Of a stretch of DNA of 49,729 nucleotides, positions 46,582 to 49,729 are shown piece after piece. Position 1 is the first letter of the stretch; each line of letters opens with the position of its first letter. The notes below the pieces were generated by a model. That model saw only the letters and a program-made list of their open reading frames with translations. It had not been told where the DNA came from and did no database searches. Position numbers and translations under genes: made by a program. This DNA comes from Myxococcota bacterium (lineage in GTDB: Bacteria; Myxococcota_A; UBA9160; PR03): NCBI GenBank assembly GCA_041611735.1, contig JBFIML010000031.1, positions 1-49,729 on the forward strand, read 5' to 3'.

Positions 46582-48276
46582 ATGGCCGCCCCGCCGTCCC
46601 ATCGCCTGAACCCGCGCGTGCGCGGCTGGCTGCGTCATCTCTGGCGCAAGGCCATGAAGCCCGACGACTGGTCCCGCGCAGGCGAGCCGCACCCCTGGTG
46701 GGACCGCTACAGCGTCGCGCCCATGCTCTCCTTCGCGCGCTTCGACCTGTCCGAATCCTCCTACGGGCTGCTGCTGATGGCGCGCAAGACCCCCGCCTGG
46801 CGGGAGGTCTACACCAAGATCCTGGACGAGCTGGTCCGGCGACACGTGACCTTCTGGGCGGCGGTGGACTGGCTCACGCAGATCGGCCCCGACCCGGACC
46901 GCGCGCGCTATCCCAAGCGCTACCGGCGCCTCATCCCCGAGGACCTGTGGGGCGAGTACGACGTGCCGGGCTGGACGGCGAACGGCGTCGAGCCCTGGGG
47001 CCTTCAGCCCGACCCGATCGGATCCGACGGCAACCTGTTCTTTCGCGGCTTCTTCACGCTGATGCTCGGCATCCACCGGGCGGTGTCGGGCGAGAAGACC
47101 TGGGAGAAGCCCTTCGAGGTGGTCGGTCTCGACGACCGCACCTTCCCCTGGACCCACGCAGGGATCGCCTCGTTCCTGTCGGAGCAATGGCAGAAGGTGC
47201 CCCACGGTCCGCACTGCGAGAACACCAAGGTGTGGCCCTACTGTCTCTCCGCCGCCGGCCTCGGTCTCCGGATCACCGATCTGACCACGGGGTCCAGGAC
47301 CCATGCCGTGTACGACCCGTGGGTGCGGGACTACCTGCGCAAGAAGTACCTCGGCTTCGATGCGGGCGGGAACCTCCGCTGGGTCGGCCTCTACTACGAC
47401 CCGCTCCTGGACCGCGTGCACGGGCGGCATCGGGCCGCGGGCCTCGCCCCGGCCTTCTACGTCCTGCCCCAGGACCGCGCGCTCGGGGAGGTCCTGTACC
47501 GGGCCGGCGTGGCCTCCGTCGGCTGGGACCGGCGCTGGTTGCCCGTCCTGAATCCCGGCGGCGAGCCCCGCATGCTGAGCCTGGCATTGCTGATGGCGCG
47601 GGAGTTCGGAGACCACACCACGACGCGACGCCTCACGCGAAGGCTGCGCCGCTTCGAGAACGGGCGCTTCTTCGACGCCGGGAAGGGTGACGACGAGGAC
47701 GAGTTCGGCTTCTTCTTCCGCTACGGCGAGCCCTGGCCCCGGGGCCAGGAGAGCGCGCTCCTGATGTTGCGCGACCTGCTGGACGGCGAGGGCGACTGGT
47801 GGCGGGCTTTCAACGAGTGGGACGCGGGGAAGTTCGCAGCGCCGAGCATCGAGGGCGTCGACTACCCGCGCATCGGACTCGCGTCGGCCTGGAACGACCC
47901 GGCGAAGGCCGTACTGGAGCTCGAGACCTACGTGGCGACCCGAAGTGAGCGGGGAAGCCCCACCCGTTTCCGTGTGACGCGGCTTCCCGACAGCGCCGCC
48001 GTCTCGGTGTGGCGAGACGGCGCGGCCTATGGCGCCTGGACGGCGCTCGGCCCGGACGCGATCGAGATCGAGACGCAGGTCGGGGACCACGTGTTCGAGA
48101 TCCGAACCGGCTACCGGCCCGATGCGACCACGGTCTTCCGGGGCTCCGCGCCCGCTGCCACCGCGACCCCGCCCTCGCCGCTGACGAAGCGCACGCTCCT
48201 GCGTCCGCTCGACCTGGCGACGGCGCGCGCCGCGCTGGCGGGCGGCGGCGGCTGCCCCTGCTGCGCCGGCCCATGA
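46582..48276 (+). CDS. Linalool dehydratase/isomerase (LDI)-like protein, no signal peptide
   Basis: TPAWREVY, DPIGSDGNLFFRGFFTLMLG and GPHCENTKVWPYCLS align by eye with the LinD DPI..NIMYKG and GIVCEPDNYFVQCNS motifs. Confidence 0.7.
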   Translation: MAAPPSHRLNPRVRGWLRHLWRKAMKPDDWSRAGEPHPWWDRYSVAPMLSFARFDLSESSYGLLLMARKTPAWREVYTKILDELVRRHVTFWAAVDWLTQIGPDPDRARYPKRYRRLIPEDLWGEYDVPGWTANGVEPWGLQPDPIGSDGNLFFRGFFTLMLGIHRAVSGEKTWEKPFEVVGLDDRTFPWTHAGIASFLSEQWQKVPHGPHCENTKVWPYCLSAAGLGLRITDLTTGSRTHAVYDPWVRDYLRKKYLGFDAGGNLRWVGLYYDPLLDRVHGRHRAAGLAPAFYVLPQDRALGEVLYRAGVASVGWDRRWLPVLNPGGEPRMLSLALLMAREFGDHTTTRRLTRRLRRFENGRFFDAGKGDDEDEFGFFFRYGEPWPRGQESALLMLRDLLDGEGDWWRAFNEWDAGKFAAPSIEGVDYPRIGLASAWNDPAKAVLELETYVATRSERGSPTRFRVTRLPDSAAVSVWRDGAAYGAWTALGPDAIEIETQVGDHVFEIRTGYRPDATTVFRGSAPAATATPPSPLTKRTLLRPLDLATARAALAGGGGCPCCAGP

Positions 48277-48277
48277 C

Positions 48278-48699
48278 TCAGGCGAGGCCGGGCCGCGCCA
48301 GGTGCGCCAGGGCCGCCAGGAGTGCCAACACGAGCCCTACCCAGATCCTCGGACCCACGTAGAGGCCGAAGCCCGGGGCGGTGGGGAACGACGACGTGAC
48401 AGGCATGGCCGCAGACTTGAAGCGATGAGCCGCCACGAAGCGTGGATGCGTGGCCAGCTCCATCATGTCGCGCCGACTCCGGTAGCGATGTACCCCGTGA
48501 GGGTCCAGCCGGGATCCGGCTCGACGTTCCACGCATCGAGGTAGCCCCCGATCTTCCCGGCATGGATGGCTGGATGGCCGGCGTGGGGGATCAGCACGGG
48601 AAGGAAGCCGCGCAGGGGGGGGCGACGCCAATTGTCGTACCAGGCGCGGAAGCAGAGGTATAGGAGCGCGGCTCGCAGCCAGATCCAGAGTCCGCTCAT
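48278..48699 (-). pseudogene. Frameshifted conserved hypothetical membrane protein (pseudogene or sequencing error)
   Basis: N-part (MSGLWIW...PGWTLTGYI) and C-part (RYRSRRDMMELAT...LARPGLA) are in different frames; one extra C near 48487 would join them. Confidence 0.6.
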
Positions 48700-48829
48700 C
48701 GGTTCCTCGTCCTTGGTAGAGGGGAGGACGACGGAATGCGCCGCGTGATCTTCCCGGTTCAGCCCCTTCCACGGACGACCGATCCAGGACGTTCACGCTC
48801 CCACCGGGGGCTCGCCGAGAGGGGGCTGG

Positions 48830-49729
48830 ATGGCTCGATCGACCCTTTGCGCGCTGCTCGTCGGGCTGGCGCTCGGCGCCGGCCTGGCGCCCGCCGCGCA
48901 CGGGACCGACGCCGAGGATCCGCCGCGCCTCCCGCTCGGCTGTGCCGAGCGCTCACCGGAGACGGCGCGGACCCTCCGCCAGCTGGTGGGCATCCTGACG
49001 CAACCGGACGACCCGATGCGCATCGCCATCTGGGATCGTCTCAAGTGCGCGATCCTCCTTCACCCCGACCTCGCGCGGCGTCTGCTGCTGCCCCTGGTGG
49101 GAAGCAGCGATCCGATCGTCCGCGCGATGGCGGCCAAGGCCCTCGGGAACCTCGGCCCCGAAGCCGCCGCGGCGGTGCCCGGCCTCGTGGCCATGCTGCG
49201 CGCCGAGGACGAGAACTCGCGCCTGATCGCCGCCCAGACCCTGGCCCGCTTCGGCCCTCGCTCGGAGCCGGCGGTGGACACCCTGATCGAGGCCCTCGAC
49301 GACGAGTCGCCGCGCATGCGTCGAGCCGCCGCTCTCACCCTCGCCCACATCGGCCCGGGCGCGGCGCGCGCCGCCGCGCCCATCGCCCGGCAGCTGCGCG
49401 ATCCCCACCCCCAGGTGCGCGGCACCGCCTCCTACGCGCTCCAGGAGCTCGCACACCACGGGTACGACGCCGTCCCGGTGCTGATCGAGCTGCTCGGGGA
49501 CAGCGATCCCGCGCTGCGCCGAAGTGCCGCCGGCGCCCTCGGGAACATCGGCCCCCTGGCCGAAGACGCGCGGCCGGCCCTCGCGGCGGTCCATGACGAC
49601 CCCGACGAGAACGAGAACGTGCGCCGTGCTGCAGGCGCAGCCCTGGGCAGGCTCGATCTGCGGGGCGCCCTGGTGACCGAGCGCGAGGAAGCCGCCCACC
49701 TGCTTCCGGTCCTCGTCGAACGCATGAGC
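48830..49729 (+). CDS. Exported HEAT-repeat protein, 3'-truncated
   Basis: Not in the ORF track; ATG 48830 MARSTLCALLVGLALGAGLAPAAHG, then repeats such as DPIVRAMAAKALGNLG, ALDDESPRMRRAAALTL, DSDPALRRSAAGALGNIG; open to window end. Confidence 0.8.
   Translation, partial: MARSTLCALLVGLALGAGLAPAAHGTDAEDPPRLPLGCAERSPETARTLRQLVGILTQPDDPMRIAIWDRLKCAILLHPDLARRLLLPLVGSSDPIVRAMAAKALGNLGPEAAAAVPGLVAMLRAEDENSRLIAAQTLARFGPRSEPAVDTLIEALDDESPRMRRAAALTLAHIGPGAARAAAPIARQLRDPHPQVRGTASYALQELAHHGYDAVPVLIELLGDSDPALRRSAAGALGNIGPLAEDARPALAAVHDDPDENENVRRAAGAALGRLDLRGALVTEREEAAHLLPVLVERMS

Noticed and set aside
48736-49596. 286-aa ORF in the track
   Set aside because: Wrong frame; the HEAT-repeat frame starting at 48830 is the plausible gene
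1-49729. CRISPR arrays, tRNA/rRNA, transposases, integrases, prophage genes
   Set aside because: No regularly spaced repeats or recognisable motifs seen by eye; intergenic gaps are short

Overview
High-GC bacterial chromosomal segment, gene-dense (~45 CDS), with no rRNA/tRNA, CRISPR array or mobile element that I can support. Gene content (PutA without an RHH domain, ECF/Spy modules, actinobacteria-like lipid/terpenoid catabolic genes) suggests a Myxococcota/Binatia-like organism (inference). Main blocks: (i) aldehyde dehydrogenase, serine hydrolase, P450, CMD protein and putA; (ii) Spy-ECF sigma-anti-sigma-Spy module; (iii) ThDP enzyme plus a haloalkane dehalogenase with a possible lipoprotein signal; (iv) persulfide dioxygenase-rhodanese, two YeeE/YedE half-proteins and TauE; (v) esterase, arsC, an apparently exported FAH-family enzyme, FAD monooxygenase and a heteromeric acyl-CoA dehydrogenase pair; (vi) CxxC-CMD protein, Cys-tailed ECF sigma, STAND-type adenylate cyclase and amidohydrolase; (vii) a 6-Cys bufferin-type RiPP locus (precursor, DUF692, DUF2063) preceded by a TGTAAC ECF-like promoter; (viii) an atuA/accA2/accD2/echA7-like branched-chain/acyclic-terpene catabolic cluster ending in a cytoplasmic linalool dehydratase-isomerase-like protein; (ix) a frameshifted gene and a partial exported HEAT-repeat protein. 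The most interesting leads are the LDI-like enzyme in the atu-like cluster and a possible Cys-sensing ECF regulon linking the CMD/cyclase operon to the bufferin locus. All family calls come from motif recognition by eye, not from database searches.
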